64,000 nucleotides of DNA from Azolla caroliniana. Lineage: Eukaryota; Plantae; Polypodiophyta. The first letter of the stretch is position 1; each line of letters opens with the position of its first letter. Made by a program: the position numbers and the translations under genes. Location of the stretch: NCBI GenBank assembly GCA_043228905.1, contig JBHGNT010000008.1, forward strand, positions 2,046,001 to 2,110,000, read 5' to 3'. The notes under the pieces were generated by a model. That model saw nothing but the letters and a program-made list of their open reading frames with translations, was not told the origin of the DNA and did not search any database. Positions 14,801 through 27,263 of the stretch are shown here, piece after piece.

Positions 14801-16926
14801 TGGTCAAGCATTCAAAGTAGAGTATCTATACAACTTTCAGAATGTCTTTTGAAACCATTAAGCCCTCAAGAGACTCTGAAAGCGCAAAGACCCTAACAAA
14901 GGATGTTTGTCCTGGATTGGATGGGTTGGGGGTTTCAATGGTATATAAAGCATTGGGATATGATAGGTGTTGAGAATCAAGCTCAACTTGGTCTAGTGTG
15001 TGAACTCACCTTGAGAGTGAATAGACACTCCAACGGTCAAGAGTCACCATTATGTCATCACTTTGTATTCTAGCATTTAGTGTGAGTCATAGAATCATAT
15101 TCTATGACACATAACTTATGAGCTTTCACATTCCCCATGCTCCATGAGTCTTGTAGTTAATGAAGAGAGAGGGCGACTATATAAAGCACCCTCCTCCCAC
15201 CTATTACGTTGAGTCTTTCTCCTTTGTTAATATACTTTACCTTGCACATTCTTTGTGTCCTACTCCTTGTATCTCTCTCTCTCTCTCACTCACTCACTCA
15301 CTCACTCACTCACTCACTCTCTCTCTCTCATACACACACATAGTTCATATCTATTCCTCTGCATAGAATCCATCTCTTGATTCTTTACAATAGGTGAGGG
15401 ATTGACCAAAGCTTATAAACAGGTTTTAGATTATGGAAATATGCCACACGATTGGAATGAGGGGTTAATATATATGATTCCCAAATCAAGTGGTTAGTTA
15501 GAGGAGCTTCAACATTGGAGACCAATTACTTTGTTGAATGTTATCTATAAGATATTAGCAAAAACGATAGCTAGACGTTTACAAGCTTATCTTTCCGAGC
15601 TGATTCATGTTTCCCAAACTGATTTTATGCAAGAATGTAGTATTTTTGATAATATTATTCTTTTTTGGGAAATGGTTGCTTTCCCTGAATTACATAAGCA
15701 AGATTTGGCAGTGTTATTTCTTGATTTTTAGAAAGCTTATGACAGAGTGGATTGGGATTTTATGGAGGGTACTTTGCTCAGGATGGGTTTTCCAAATAGA
15801 TGGATCCGAGGAGTTTCAACACTATATCGTAATGTACATAGTTCTCTTTTATTTGCAGGGGATGTTGGTAGGCGTTTCTCTATTTCAAGATTTGTAAGAC
15901 AGGGATGTCCACTTGCTCCTTTTCTGTTTCTACTAGTTTCTGAAGCGTTTTCTGTACATTTAAATTCTCATAATGCAAATATCAAAGGTTTAGCACTACC
16001 ATTTGCAGATGTTGGCGTTGATAGTGAGTTTGCTGATGATACAACTCTCTATGTTCAAGCCTCACAAGTTAATTTGTTGCAGGTTCAAAAAGTTGTGGAT
16101 GACTTCTTAGAGGCATCAGATGCATTGATTAATTGAGATAAATCATCAGGTTTTTGGGTGGTTGAGGGAGATCCGCCAATTAATGTATTTAGTTCAGGAT
16201 TTACATGGATACATACATGTCATTCTATTAGGTATTTAGGATGCAGAGTGGGTTTGGGATTAAACGCAAAGATATGATAATGCCCTTGTTGGTAAGATTA
16301 AGAAATAAGTTAATATACTGGAATAAGGAAAAGTTGTCCTTAGCAGGACGTGTAGTTGTTGCAAATTTGGTGCTTTTGTCCTCGATTTGGTATATAGTAT
16401 CTACATGGTTGTTTTCTAGGTCAGTAATGCTTAAAGTTCAACGTCTAGTACGAAATTTTATTTGGGGGAATGCTAGTTCAGACACTCTTGTAGCAAAGGT
16501 CGCTTGGTTAGTTCTTATACAGTCTAAACAGAAAGGAGGTTTAGGTTTGATTGATCCCTTAATGCAAAGTAAGGCATTACTTGCTAAACATGTTCTTAGG
16601 AGTTTATTGTCTATAGAGGAATTATGAAAAAAGTTATGGATTCTTTGTTTACATAAGTTTAAGCCATTGGCAGGTGGTTAATGGAGGGATAGTCTTAGAT
16701 GGTTCTTTAATTTGGATTTTCCATTACTTAAGTCGACTGTTGGGTCTTTACGTTTCTTTAATGGAATTAGTCATACATGGGAAAGTATTCATCAAGCACT
16801 TGTTTTCTTGCCACCAAAAACTTATTCTCAATTCATACGTCAACCATTGTTATGGAATCCTTTATTTACTGATGAAGCTACATGTGTTTTGGGTCTTGGG
16901 CGGCATTGGATTGTGGCCCTGCCCGT
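11821..16926 (+). mobile_element. Decayed L1-like LINE: ORF1 about 12063-13513, ORF2 from about 13506; 3' end cut at 16927
   Basis: ORF1 zinc knuckle CFVCRQFGHFG. Endonuclease motifs NVRGL, LIQEH, AGDFN, SRLDKFY. RT motifs LNVIYKILAK, LDF*KAYDRVDW, RQGCPLAPFLF, FADD, and LSLAGRVVV / KGGLGLID. Many stops and frameshifts. Confidence 0.9.
14968..15389 (+). mobile_element. Copia solo LTR (422 bp) with 5-bp TSD ATAGG, inserted in the LINE RT
   Basis: Ends TGTTGAGAATC...TTCTTTACA. ATAGG lies at 14963-14967 and 15390-15394. Closely similar to the LTR at 59062-59446 and related to the LTR at 55587-56050. Confidence 0.95.
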
Positions 16927-17549
16927 TGTCGTGAGGATTTTCGGCCATGGTGAGAAAACCCGAGTGGGATGAATAAAACGAGATGTGCAACATTGCACAT
17001 ATACTTAGGGAATTTGTAACATAGGAGTAAATAAACAAATGTAAAGTGTAAGGTGTTAAAGTGCTCTATGAAAATTTGTTAAGTGTAAATGTGATGTGCA
17101 CTTATGTGCACATGCGCACGTAGAAAAGGGGAGTACGTAGTGGGTAGTGGCATTGAATGTGTGAGGGGAGAGAGTTAAAGGCATATCAATCTAAGACCAA
17201 GGGAGATATTCCCCATTAAAGGAAGGGGATTTGACTCATCTTTCTGTAATGTGCCTCACCCCTTACTACAATAAAAGGGAGTGAGGGGTCACTTTTGAGG
17301 GGTTCACCATTTTGTCATTTCGAGGTAGACCATTAGGGTTTTAATTATCCCCATTTCATTTTAGGGTTTTGGGATTTAGGATCTCGTTTTCCCCTATCGA
17401 GGTTTAGGGTTTCGTCGAGTGGTGCTTATGTTCGGCCTACACGGCCATGGTTGTAATTGGTGTGGTGCTTTCCATAATCTTCTCTCCCTTCTCCTACTCC
17501 CTAGTCCAAGACCCCCGTGGTCCCGTCCCTTTTCGACATGTTGTCATGT
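16927..17549 (+). mobile_element. LTR-like fragment starting TGTCGTGAGGATTTTCGGCC
   Basis: Abruptly ends the LINE coding sequence. The same terminus and the following gtgca..tgcaca segment recur at 29324(+) and 31701(-). Confidence 0.55.
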
Positions 17550-18192
17550 TGTTACGTGTGCGCGTAGGAAACTAAGGCGGGACCGCGGGACCGCGGGGGC
17601 CCTGAACCGAGGAGTGAGCGAAAGAAGAGGGAGAAGAGAAGAAAGGAGATGGAACGGCAGGAACTGGGGAAATGCAACTCAAGAAGAACCAATTACTACT
17701 AGTCAGTGACTACAACCTTGCTGAGATTACAACTGGCGTGCCGACGACCAACCAAACACACACACACACACACACACACCTAGGGATACACAGTGGGGCC
17801 CTGCCGAAAGCACACGAGCTTCCCACGCAAGCGGAGGCGACCAACCAAGAAGCCCGCAGAGATTACAACAAAGATGAAATAGTGCTCGGTTCCTAGTCCG
17901 ACAACACCTCTCCCTTTTCTCCCAAAACGTGATACCCCTCTCAGTCTTTCTTTCCCCTTTTTATAGGCCGCTGAGGGTGGGCCGTTACATCCTAGTTACA
18001 TCACCTTTTATTCTCTATTGCTTCGGACAGAGATACGCCTTGATTTGCTAATCCTATTAATATGTTTATATTTACATCACGTCGACCTATTCTTGAGTAA
18101 GGTACACTAACTTAAATTGGTGAATATCCGTGTAAGAACTGTTCACGCGCTAGGACTCCTATTTCCTCCTATGGATGGTTTTCTCCACGCCA
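17550..18192 (-). repeat. 3' LTR of the decayed Gypsy (about 643 bp)
   Basis: On the minus strand a PPT-like GGGGGTGGA directly precedes TGGCGTGGAGAAAA, and the LTR ends CACACGTAACA. There is no partner LTR to confirm the limits. Confidence 0.65.
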
Positions 18193-21100
18193 TCCACCCC
18201 CATCAAACCGCGCATCCACCGGCATGCGCCAAAAAGAGATAGGTACTGGGAGAAAGCCGACCCATGGTCAATCGTCGCTCTCCGAATCATCGTCGACTTT
18301 GGCCTGGTCATCACCGTCATCTGCGCTCCCCGGGTCCGGCTCGTCCTCGTGCCGCTTCTTGAATGCCTTGACCCTCTTCCCGGCCACTGGTATTGCTATC
18401 CGCGTTCCATCAAGCTCCGCGAGATGATAGGTGCCGTTGTTGTTCGCGCTCGTTACGTCATAGGACCCGAACCACCTCCTCGCGAACTTACACATTGCCT
18501 TGTGTTGATTGTCGAGACTGGACTGCCTTCCTCGATTTTCTTCAGTCGTAGCCGGTGTGTCCGGTCGAACCGGCCTTTATTCTTTACCCTTGCTGCGTGT
18601 AGCTTCGCCTTCGCTTGGTCCACATCTTCCAGTCTCCGCTCGAGCTAGCGAATCCGCACCGCCAACAACTCTTCCCGGCTCATCTCGTCTCTCCAGTCCA
18701 TTGCTGCCCACGAGGAAATCGTCCTCTCTACCAACATGATCGGCTTTTGCCCGTACATTAGCTCTGTCGGCATGAACCTGGTTACCGAACTGTGCGTAGT
18801 TCGGTCCACCTATAACGCGTAAGGTAGGAGTTGCGACCAGTTACCGACTTGTCCTTTGCACGCTCGTACTAACGCCTTCACGATTGGCCCGTGTCCACGC
18901 TCCACCTTTCCGTTTGCCTCCGGATTGTACGCCGTAGTGAGAGAAAGCTTGACCCCTAACCGGCCGAACAACTCCTCGACTTCCTACGTGTCCAGCTCTC
19001 CCCGGTCAGCCACAATCTTCCCCACACACCCATACCGGCATATCACCTCCTCGATCAAGAACGGGCACACGACCGCGGTCGTCTTGTTTTGCAGTGCACA
19101 ACCCTCCACTTGGTTTGTTAGGTCCTCTCGAGCAAGCACCAGGTACCACATCTGCCCTACCCCCATTGGCATCATCACTAAGTCCACCATCCACTTGAAA
19201 TGGATGGTTGGCGGGTAGGTCGGGTGCAACTCGTCTCGGTGTTGGATTGTGGAATGCATTTGGCAGCTATCACAGGTCGTCACGAATTGGTGCATGTCTC
19301 GATACATTCCCGACCACTAATACATGTCCTTCAGCTTCTCGAATGTGGCCCACGTTCCAAGATGTCCGGCCCAAGGACTCTCGTGGTACGCCAATAGCAA
19401 TGTCGTTTGTTCCTCTACTCTTGCCGCTACGTGGAGCGGGACACCGTTTCGCTTCTTCGGATGCTCCATAAGCTCCCGTCTTGTAGGAAGAATTGGTATG
19501 CCTTCTTCCGGATCCGGTTTGCCTCGTCCTTCGTCCATGCCACGTCCGGTGTCAACTTCATCAAGTACCTGCTGATCTGGAGCCACTCCCCGTCGTACTT
19601 GTCCTTGTCAAATTCATTAAGTGCCGGAGTGCTCCCTTGCCTTGTTGTTATGTGAGCCAACTCGAAGATGTCCATGTCGACGTCTTCGTCTTCAGAAACC
19701 ATGCCGTCCTCGTCATCGAACCGTGCTGTTGAAAGCATGTCGGCCATGTCGTTGTCCTTCCCGGAGATGTGCCGTATCTCCGGATTCAGGGACTTAATGT
19801 ACTTGATCCACCTGAGCATTGCCAGGTCCGGTGTCGCGCATCTGGAAACCATACCGAGAATCGGTAGGCAGTCTGTCTCGATTATTACCTCCGTCCCGAT
19901 AAGATAGTCTTTGTCCGCCTTGACTACCAAAACGATACCCCAGAGTTCGCGCTTAACTTGGGCATACCCTCGCTGCTGCTTGCTTAGTACCTTCGCTTCA
20001 AACCAGATGGGGAACCTCGTGCCGCTCTCACCCTCCTGATTGACCACCCATCCCATTCTGGTCGGGCTCGTGTCTATGGTCACGTAGATCGGGACCTCCT
20101 TGCCGTAAACCGCTTTCCGAAGTGCCGGTGCCGCGGTTAGCGCTTCCTTCATCCTTTGGATTGACTTCGTATGCCCCTTGGTCCACCTGAACTTATGCCC
20201 TTTCTTCAGCAATCTATAGAGTGGCTCTACGATGTGTGCGTAGTGCGGGACCCAGATGTGGTAGAACGCGCATGCGTCCAAGAACCTCTGAACCTCCGTA
20301 ACCGACTTGCACTCTTCCTTCATTGCGGAGATGGCTTCCAGTTTCGTTGGAGACGGTTTTCGGCCGTAAGGCCCGCACAAGTGTCCGACCACCATGATTT
20401 TAGATTGCCCGAAAGCTGATTTCTCTCCGGAGAAGGTGAGCCGCGCGCTCTCGAGCCTCTGCAACACCTTCTCGCAGTCTTCGATGTGGTCTGCCACGAA
20501 CTTCTGGCACCCGTCCGGCACAACCGACTCGTCCTTATCCTTCACCGGACATCCTTTGATTGGAATGTTGTCCAAAAACGGCATGGTGATGTCCAGGATG
20601 CAGTCCCTTAGCACCTTATTCATTGCGTTCACCATGTGCGCCACCGAGTTGGTCCCTCCTTGCGGTAGGGTACACATCCGAACTAAATCGAGAGGAGTTC
20701 GCATCGTCATAATGTCCCTACTCTCTACGGCTAGCTGGAACTAATCGTACCCTGAATACAGATCGCCAACCGAATAGATTGACCTTCAGGCGAAGGCCTC
20801 CGCAAACTCGTCAATAGTCAGCCTGATTCCTGCGTTCCGAAAAGTCACTTTATTGACTAGCTGCAGGTCCTGAATGAAGCGTAGTGCGCCATTCTTCTTT
20901 GGCATGGTGAACCACCAATTCGAATATGGGGCACTCGATGGCTCGAGAATGCCCATCTCTACCTTTTGCTTTAGCAGCTCCATCAACTTCGGGATGTGAG
21001 CTATGGGTACCGGAATCGGTTTGAGGTTCCATGGAACATGCAGTACCGTAAATATAACCATTGGTTCCACAATCGTCGAGTCCATGCACCTGATCTCCTC

Positions 21101-21938
21101 CAATGAGAATACGAAGGCCTTCTTGTGCCTCCCAAGCATTCTCCGAAACTGGTCCTCCTCCGCCGGTAGTAGGAAGCCACCCCCACCGATCTTGAGCTCC
21201 CGTAGTGTTTCGTCGGTGAATTGGTTTCCTATGCCAGTCGGATTTCGTAAACTTGGGTCCGACGCGACCACCTTCATCCGCTCCTTGTTGCCCTCCAGCA
21301 AGGGAGCCGCGACTGGCCTCACCTTCCGGTCCACAGTCTTGTACTTCGTACCTACGTAGGCCGTTCAATTCGACTCGACTTTTTCCCCAAAGTCGGCAAT
21401 GACCTCATACATTTCTATGGACCTAACCGGAATCACCCGGTCTTCACTTGGGCCTCCTTCGAACACCTTCATTATCTCTTCCAAGGTGTCGTTGAAAGAG
21501 ACCGCCTCCACGGTGCTACCAATCTCTTTGTCGGGGCTGAGGGCTCCGCACGCCCTGAGGCGCTTCTCTGCTCGCTTCCTTTCCCGGTTGCTGACGCCGG
21601 TTATCATACAACCTCCGCTATCGGAGAACCAAAACTTCCTACCTATGGTACACGTGTGGGGTTCTTCCAGGGTGTCCGGACTATCGCGGCCCCACACCTT
21701 GATAGCCCTCTCTAAAAATCCTCTCGGCCATCACTACCGAGAGTCTCACGATTGCGCTCGTGGTTCGGTCGTATTGTCAAGAATTGGACGGAGTGACGCC
21801 CATCTTGGCTTTTCACTCGCGTGTACGCTGAACCGTTGTTTAGCACCTTGGTCTCCATACGAGCTGCCGTAATGTATGGCTCTCCAAAGATAACTGGGTG
21901 TGAGGACGTTACCTGCACAAAAATGTGTTGGTCTCTTT

Positions 21939-22541
21939 TGCAAGGAATCGACCCTTCGATTCACCTTCGCCTCTCGGCCAGAACCGAGTAATCGCGGATC
22001 AATGCAGCAGAAAATAGGAACCAAACGGAGAAACAAAACGCGAACACAAGGATTAACGTGGAAAACCCTAGATGGGAAAAACCACGGGAGTCCAAGACTC
22101 CAAACCAACACTATACAAAGAGAAGTATACAGAGGCGAGCTGCAAGGCAACGACCTTGAGCTCGCTGTCCTCGCCACAGGCGGCGGAAATACACAGAGGC
22201 GTCGACCTCTTCCTCTCTCTCTCTCTCGCGCGATCTATATCTCTCTCTTCACTCCTCTAGAGTGGAAAAACAGAAAAGTGAATAGCCACATCAAAACTGT
22301 TTGCCCTAAGTCATATTTATACACATATGACTTTAGGGCTATTTACAACTATAGCCTCGAGGGCCCTTGGCAAACATATTCGCAGATATGTCCCCGCATC
22401 CGGATCTCTCTCCGGGTACATTCGTCATCCGGTACCGAAACCGGGGTCTTCATCATCCGGTTCCGCAACCGAAAACGGGCTCGTTGGCATTCATCTTCGG
22501 ACATCCGACCATCCCATCCGAAAGGGACCATAATCCCAACA
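21939..22541 (-). repeat. 3' LTR (603 bp)
   Basis: Matches 26659-27263 except for one CT unit and one C/T substitution seen by eye. Confidence 0.95.
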
Positions 22542-22551
22542 AACTCCCCCT

Positions 22552-25500
22552 TCACTTCGGTATGGGATGTCTCTCCAATCCTATCCTCTTCCGGCATGCT
22601 TCCAGCTTGTCGGGTGTAAGCACCTTGGTCAGCATATCCGACCCGTTCTCGTCCGTGTGGATCTTCGTCAGCACGAACTCCTTGTCTTCTATCCTTTCCC
22701 GGATCCAGTGATATCTTCGCTGGATGTGCTTCGTCCGGGAGTGATAGGCCGCGTTCTTCGCAAGGTGGATTGCGCTCTGACTGTCGCAGTAGAGTCGGTA
22801 CTCCTCCTGTTGGATACCGAGCTCTCTAATGAAGTCCTTCATCCATATCATTTCCTTGCCGGCTTCAACAGCCGCCATGTACTCCGCCTCCGTGGTTGAC
22901 AGCGCAACCGTCTTCTGCAGCCTCGACTGCCATGAAACAGCTCCACCTGCATACGTCATCACATACCCTGATGTGGACCGGCTGGTATCTGCATCAGCCG
23001 ACATATCCGAATCGGTGAAGCCGTCGAGTTCGGGCTTACCGGAGCCGAATCGGAGGCACACGTTTGCCGTGCCCTTCAGGTATCGGAGTATCCACTTGGC
23101 CGCGTTCCAATGCTCTTTGCCGGGATTGCTCATGTACCGGCTCACCACTCCGACTGCATATCCGATGTCCGGTCTCGTACACACCATGGCGTACATCAAG
23201 CTCCCGACGGCTGAGGCATACGACACTTTCATCATATCCTCCTTTTCAGCCTTTGTCCTGGGACTTTGCTTGCTGGACAGCTTGCAGTTTGCCGGGAGGG
23301 TCGATCCGACCGGTCTTGCTTCCGACATGTTGAACCGGTGAAGCACCTTCGTCACGTACTTCTCCTGTGACAGCCACAACAGCTTCTTCTTCCGGTCCCG
23401 GATGATGTGCATCCCTAGTATTTGTCTCGCCGAACCCAGGTCCTTCATTGAGAAGGTTCGGTGAAGAGCCTTCTTCAGCATCCGTATCTTGACCTGGTCC
23501 CGTCCGACGATCAACATGTCGTCCACGTACAGGAGGAGTATTAGGAAGTCTCCTCCTTCGAACTTCTTCACAAACACGCAGTGGTCGGACTGCGTTTTGA
23601 GGTACCCTTCGTCGGTCATGAAGGAGTCGAACTTCCGGTACCATTGCCGGGGAGCCTGCTTCAGTCCGTAAAGGCTCTTCTTCAATCGGCATACCAGGTG
23701 CTCCTTCCCTTTCTTCTCGAATCCTTCCGGTTGCTGCATGTAGATCTCTTCATCGAGGTCACCGTGAAGGAATGCCGTCTTCACGTCCATCTGTTCTACC
23801 TCGAGGTCCATGCTTGCCGCTATGCTCAGCACCGTCCGGATGGAGGTCATCTTCACTACCGGGGCAAATATCTCGTCGAAGTCGACGCCCTTCTTCTGCT
23901 GAAACCCCTTCACCACGATCCTGGCTTTGTATCTCGGGGGGTTTCCGGCATCTCCCGGTTTCAGCTTGAACACCCACTTGTTACGCAGTGCCCGTTTTCC
24001 TTTCGGCAGCTCCACAAGTTCATATGTGTGGTTCTCATGCAGGGAATCCATCTCGTCCTGCATGGCACTCAACCACCTGCGGCTCTGGGTGTCATGCTTT
24101 GCCTCTTCAAAGCTCTCCGGCTCCCCTTCGTCGGTTAGCAGCACGTGCTCTGGATCCGGAAATCTCCGGGGGGCCCTCCTCTCTCTTAGAGGATATCTCC
24201 GTTCGGGAGCTTCGGTAACCGGTTCTTCCGATTCTTCTTCTTCATCCGAATCCATTTCGGGATCGGGGCCGGTTCCGGTATCATTTTCATCTTCTTCGGC
24301 CGGTTCTGTTTCTTCACCGTCTTCGGCCGGATCCTCGAGTGCTGACCGGTCCCTTGCCGGTCGGGACTGCTCCTCGTAGAGTTGATCCTCACCGGTCGAC
24401 TTGGAGCTCTTCATCTTCTTCTCCGACTCCCAGTCGGCGAGTGTCTCGTTCTCCATGAAGATGATGTCTCGACTCCTGAATATCTTCTTGTCGACCGGGT
24501 CCCATACTCGGTAGCCGAACTCGTCGTCGCCGTAACCGAGGAATATGCATGGCCGGGTCTTTGGATCTAGCTTTCCTCTCTGATCCTTTGCCACATGCAC
24601 GTATGCGAGACACCCGAACACCTTCAGATGCCGGTAGGATACTTCCTTACCGGTCCACACTCTCTGCGGCGTGTCTCCGTCCAAAGGTGCTGAGGGTGAT
24701 CGGTTTATCACATATGTCGCTGTCGACATTGCCTCAGCCCAAAACCCCTTGGGTAATTTCGCATGCGCCAGCATACTCCGGACCCTCTCCATTATGGTCC
24801 GGTTCATCCTCTCGGCCAGCCCGTTCAGTTCCGGCGTCTTCGGCACAGTAAACTCGAGCCGGATTCCCTTCGAGCGACAGTACTCCTGGAACTGTCCCCG
24901 GTATTCCCCTCCGTTATCCGCTCGTATCGCTTTCAGCTTCTTGCCGGATTCCCTTTCCACTCTCGCGTGGAGTTCTTTGAAGACGGACAACACTTGGTCC
25001 TTTGTCTTCATCGGTGCCGTCCACAGTCTTCGGCTATGATCATCTATGAATGTTACGAAGTACTGGGCTCCGCCATGTGACTTCGTTTCTACCTGACACA
25101 CATCGGTGTGCACCAACTCCAATGGTGCTCCACGTCTCGTTGGTGGCCTTGAGTGGAAGGAGGTTCGGTTCTGCTTACCAGCCAGGCAATCGGTGCACTT
25201 CTCCAGGTGCACATGCTTCACTGGAATAAGGTTGTCTTCTGCAAGCCTCTTCATCCCCTTCTCACTCATGTGACACAGTCTTTTGTGCCACAGCTCACCG
25301 GCAGTGTCGGCTGCCACATTCAGCTCTTCCGGACATAACCGGGCATTCATCAGGTACAGTGTGTTGTCTTTCCGGGCCCGAGCCACTATCAGGCTCCCCT
25401 TGCTGAACTTCATCACGCCGTTCCGGATGCTACCTGTGTAGCCTTCATCGTCTAGCCTCCCGGCCGAAATCAGGTTCAATCGAACCTCCGGAACGTGTCG

Positions 25501-26628
25501 GACATCCTTCAGCAGCATTTTGCATCCGGTCGGGGTTGTCAACCACACGTCTCCTATGCCGGCAATCCGGCACGTACCTTCATTTCCCATCCGAACACAG
25601 CCATGCTCACCGGCTGTGTAGGATGAGAAGTATCTTCTCTCCGGGGTCAGGTGGAACGATGCTCCGGAATCGACCACCCAGGTCGTCTCATCGCCGGCAA
25701 TGTTTAGTTCACCTTCTTCGGTGATGACCATGATTTCTTCCTCACTTGCCGCGAGTGCCGTCGTTCCTTTCCTGTCCTGCCCTCGCCGATCCGAACCTCT
25801 CCGGTCCGTGGCTCCCCGGTATGCACCGTTTCTCTCCGGTGACTTCTTCGAATCGGTGTCGTCGGCTCCGTTGTCTTTTCGGTAATGCCGACAATTCTTT
25901 CGGAAGTGCCCCGGCTTCCCACAGTGGAAGCATGTGGGCCTTCCTCTTGACTGCGACCGGGTCCCCGACTTCTCCCGTCTTTGCGGACTCCGGTTCCATT
26001 GTCTTCCCCGATCCGATTCGGTAAGCAGCGCCTTCGGGTCGGAGGCCGGTTCTTTATCTCTCCGACGCGCTTCTTCATTCAGAATACTCGTCTTTACCGT
26101 TTGCAAGGACAAGTTATCTTCTGTGCAGGAGGTGCTGAGAGTCACCACCAAGTTCTCCCAGCTTTCCGGCAATGTACACATCAGGATGATGGCTTGCATT
26201 GCATCCTCCAACGGGAACTTGATCGCCGCAAGCTGATTCACGAATCCCATGAACGTGCTTACGTGTTCCACCATACTCTCGCCGTCTCGATACTTGAGGT
26301 TCACTATCTTCCTCATCAGGGAGGTCCGGTTCAACGCATTCTTCCTCTCGTAGAGGCCCGACAGCTTCTTCCACATCTCATATGCGTTGGTGTCGTTCGC
26401 CACATGTTGTAGGACGCTTACATCGACATATTGTCGGATCGTCGCTACGGCTTTCCGGTTCAGGAGCTTCCACTCCGACTCAAGTACCCCTTTCGGTATT
26501 TCCGACCTGTCAATCGGTTCGTACAGGTCCCGAACAATCAGAAGATCCTCCATCTTGATCTTCCAGTCGGCGTAATTCTGTGCATTCAGCACCATCATCC
26601 CCGGCTGCCCGCTGCCGCCGCCTTCCAT
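22552..26628 (-). CDS. Copia Gag-Pol polyprotein, 1358 aa
   Basis: Gag NYADWKIKMEDLL, zinc knuckle CFHCGKPGHFRKNC, protease WVVDSGAS, integrase WHKRLCH..CTDC / HTD..ADNGGEY..AER, RT YVDD, RNase H STTEAEY. Domain order is PR-INT-RT-RH. Confidence 0.97.
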   Translation of the reverse strand: MEGGGSGQPGMMVLNAQNYADWKIKMEDLLIVRDLYEPIDRSEIPKGVLESEWKLLNRKAVATIRQYVDVSVLQHVANDTNAYEMWKKLSGLYERKNALNRTSLMRKIVNLKYRDGESMVEHVSTFMGFVNQLAAIKFPLEDAMQAIILMCTLPESWENLVVTLSTSCTEDNLSLQTVKTSILNEEARRRDKEPASDPKALLTESDRGRQWNRSPQRREKSGTRSQSRGRPTCFHCGKPGHFRKNCRHYRKDNGADDTDSKKSPERNGAYRGATDRRGSDRRGQDRKGTTALAASEEEIMVITEEGELNIAGDETTWVVDSGASFHLTPERRYFSSYTAGEHGCVRMGNEGTCRIAGIGDVWLTTPTGCKMLLKDVRHVPEVRLNLISAGRLDDEGYTGSIRNGVMKFSKGSLIVARARKDNTLYLMNARLCPEELNVAADTAGELWHKRLCHMSEKGMKRLAEDNLIPVKHVHLEKCTDCLAGKQNRTSFHSRPPTRRGAPLELVHTDVCQVETKSHGGAQYFVTFIDDHSRRLWTAPMKTKDQVLSVFKELHARVERESGKKLKAIRADNGGEYRGQFQEYCRSKGIRLEFTVPKTPELNGLAERMNRTIMERVRSMLAHAKLPKGFWAEAMSTATYVINRSPSAPLDGDTPQRVWTGKEVSYRHLKVFGCLAYVHVAKDQRGKLDPKTRPCIFLGYGDDEFGYRVWDPVDKKIFRSRDIIFMENETLADWESEKKMKSSKSTGEDQLYEEQSRPARDRSALEDPAEDGEETEPAEEDENDTGTGPDPEMDSDEEEESEEPVTEAPERRYPLRERRAPRRFPDPEHVLLTDEGEPESFEEAKHDTQSRRWLSAMQDEMDSLHENHTYELVELPKGKRALRNKWVFKLKPGDAGNPPRYKARIVVKGFQQKKGVDFDEIFAPVVKMTSIRTVLSIAASMDLEVEQMDVKTAFLHGDLDEEIYMQQPEGFEKKGKEHLVCRLKKSLYGLKQAPRQWYRKFDSFMTDEGYLKTQSDHCVFVKKFEGGDFLILLLYVDDMLIVGRDQVKIRMLKKALHRTFSMKDLGSARQILGMHIIRDRKKKLLWLSQEKYVTKVLHRFNMSEARPVGSTLPANCKLSSKQSPRTKAEKEDMMKVSYASAVGSLMYAMVCTRPDIGYAVGVVSRYMSNPGKEHWNAAKWILRYLKGTANVCLRFGSGKPELDGFTDSDMSADADTSRSTSGYVMTYAGGAVSWQSRLQKTVALSTTEAEYMAAVEAGKEMIWMKDFIRELGIQQEEYRLYCDSQSAIHLAKNAAYHSRTKHIQRRYHWIRERIEDKEFVLTKIHTDENGSDMLTKVLTPDKLEACRKRIGLERHPIPK

Positions 26629-26643
26629 TTTCTGCTGCAGTTC

Positions 26644-26655
26644 GCTCTGATACCA
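26644..26655 (-). promoter_or_regulatory. Primer-binding site complementary to tRNA-iMet
   Basis: TGGTATCAGAGC lies 3 nt downstream of the 5' LTR. Confidence 0.95.
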
Positions 26656-26658
26656 GTT

Positions 26659-27263
26659 TGCAAGGAATCGACCCTTCGATTCACCTTCGCCTCTCGGCCA
26701 GAACCGAGTAATCGCGGATCAATGCAGCAGAAAATAGGAACCAAACGGAGAAACAAAACGCGAACACAAGGATTAACGTGGAAAACCCTAGATGGGAAAA
26801 ACCACGGGAGTCCAAGACTCCAAACCAACACTATACAAAGAGAAGTATACAGAGGCGAGCTGCAAGGCAACGACCTTGAGCTCGCTGTCCTCGCCACAGG
26901 CGGCGGAAATACACAGAGGCGTCGACCTCTTCCTCTCTCTCTCTCTCTCGCGCGATCTATATCTCTCTCTTCACTCCTCTAGAGTGGAAAAACAGAAAAG
27001 TGAATAGCCACATCAAAACTGTTTGCCCTAAGTCATATTTATACACATATGACTTTAGGGCTATTTACAACTATAGCCTCGAGGGCCCTTGGCAAACATA
27101 TTCGCAGATATGTTCCCGCATCCGGATCTCTCTCCGGGTACATTCGTCATCCGGTACCGAAACCGGGGTCTTCATCATCCGGTTCCGCAACCGAAAACGG
27201 GCTCGTTGGCATTCATCTTCGGACATCCGACCATCCCATCCGAAAGGGACCATAATCCCAACA
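26659..27263 (-). repeat. 5' LTR (605 bp)
   Basis: TGTTGGGATT...TTCCTTGCA on the minus strand, followed by the PBS. Confidence 0.95.

Larger units (their letters stand above)
21939..27263 (-). mobile_element. Young, structurally intact Ty1/Copia element (Tnt1/Tork-like)
   Basis: Two near-identical TG...CA LTRs, a tRNA-iMet PBS, a PPT (AAGGGGGAG) next to the 3' LTR and one uninterrupted gag-pol ORF. No TSD. Confidence 0.97.
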
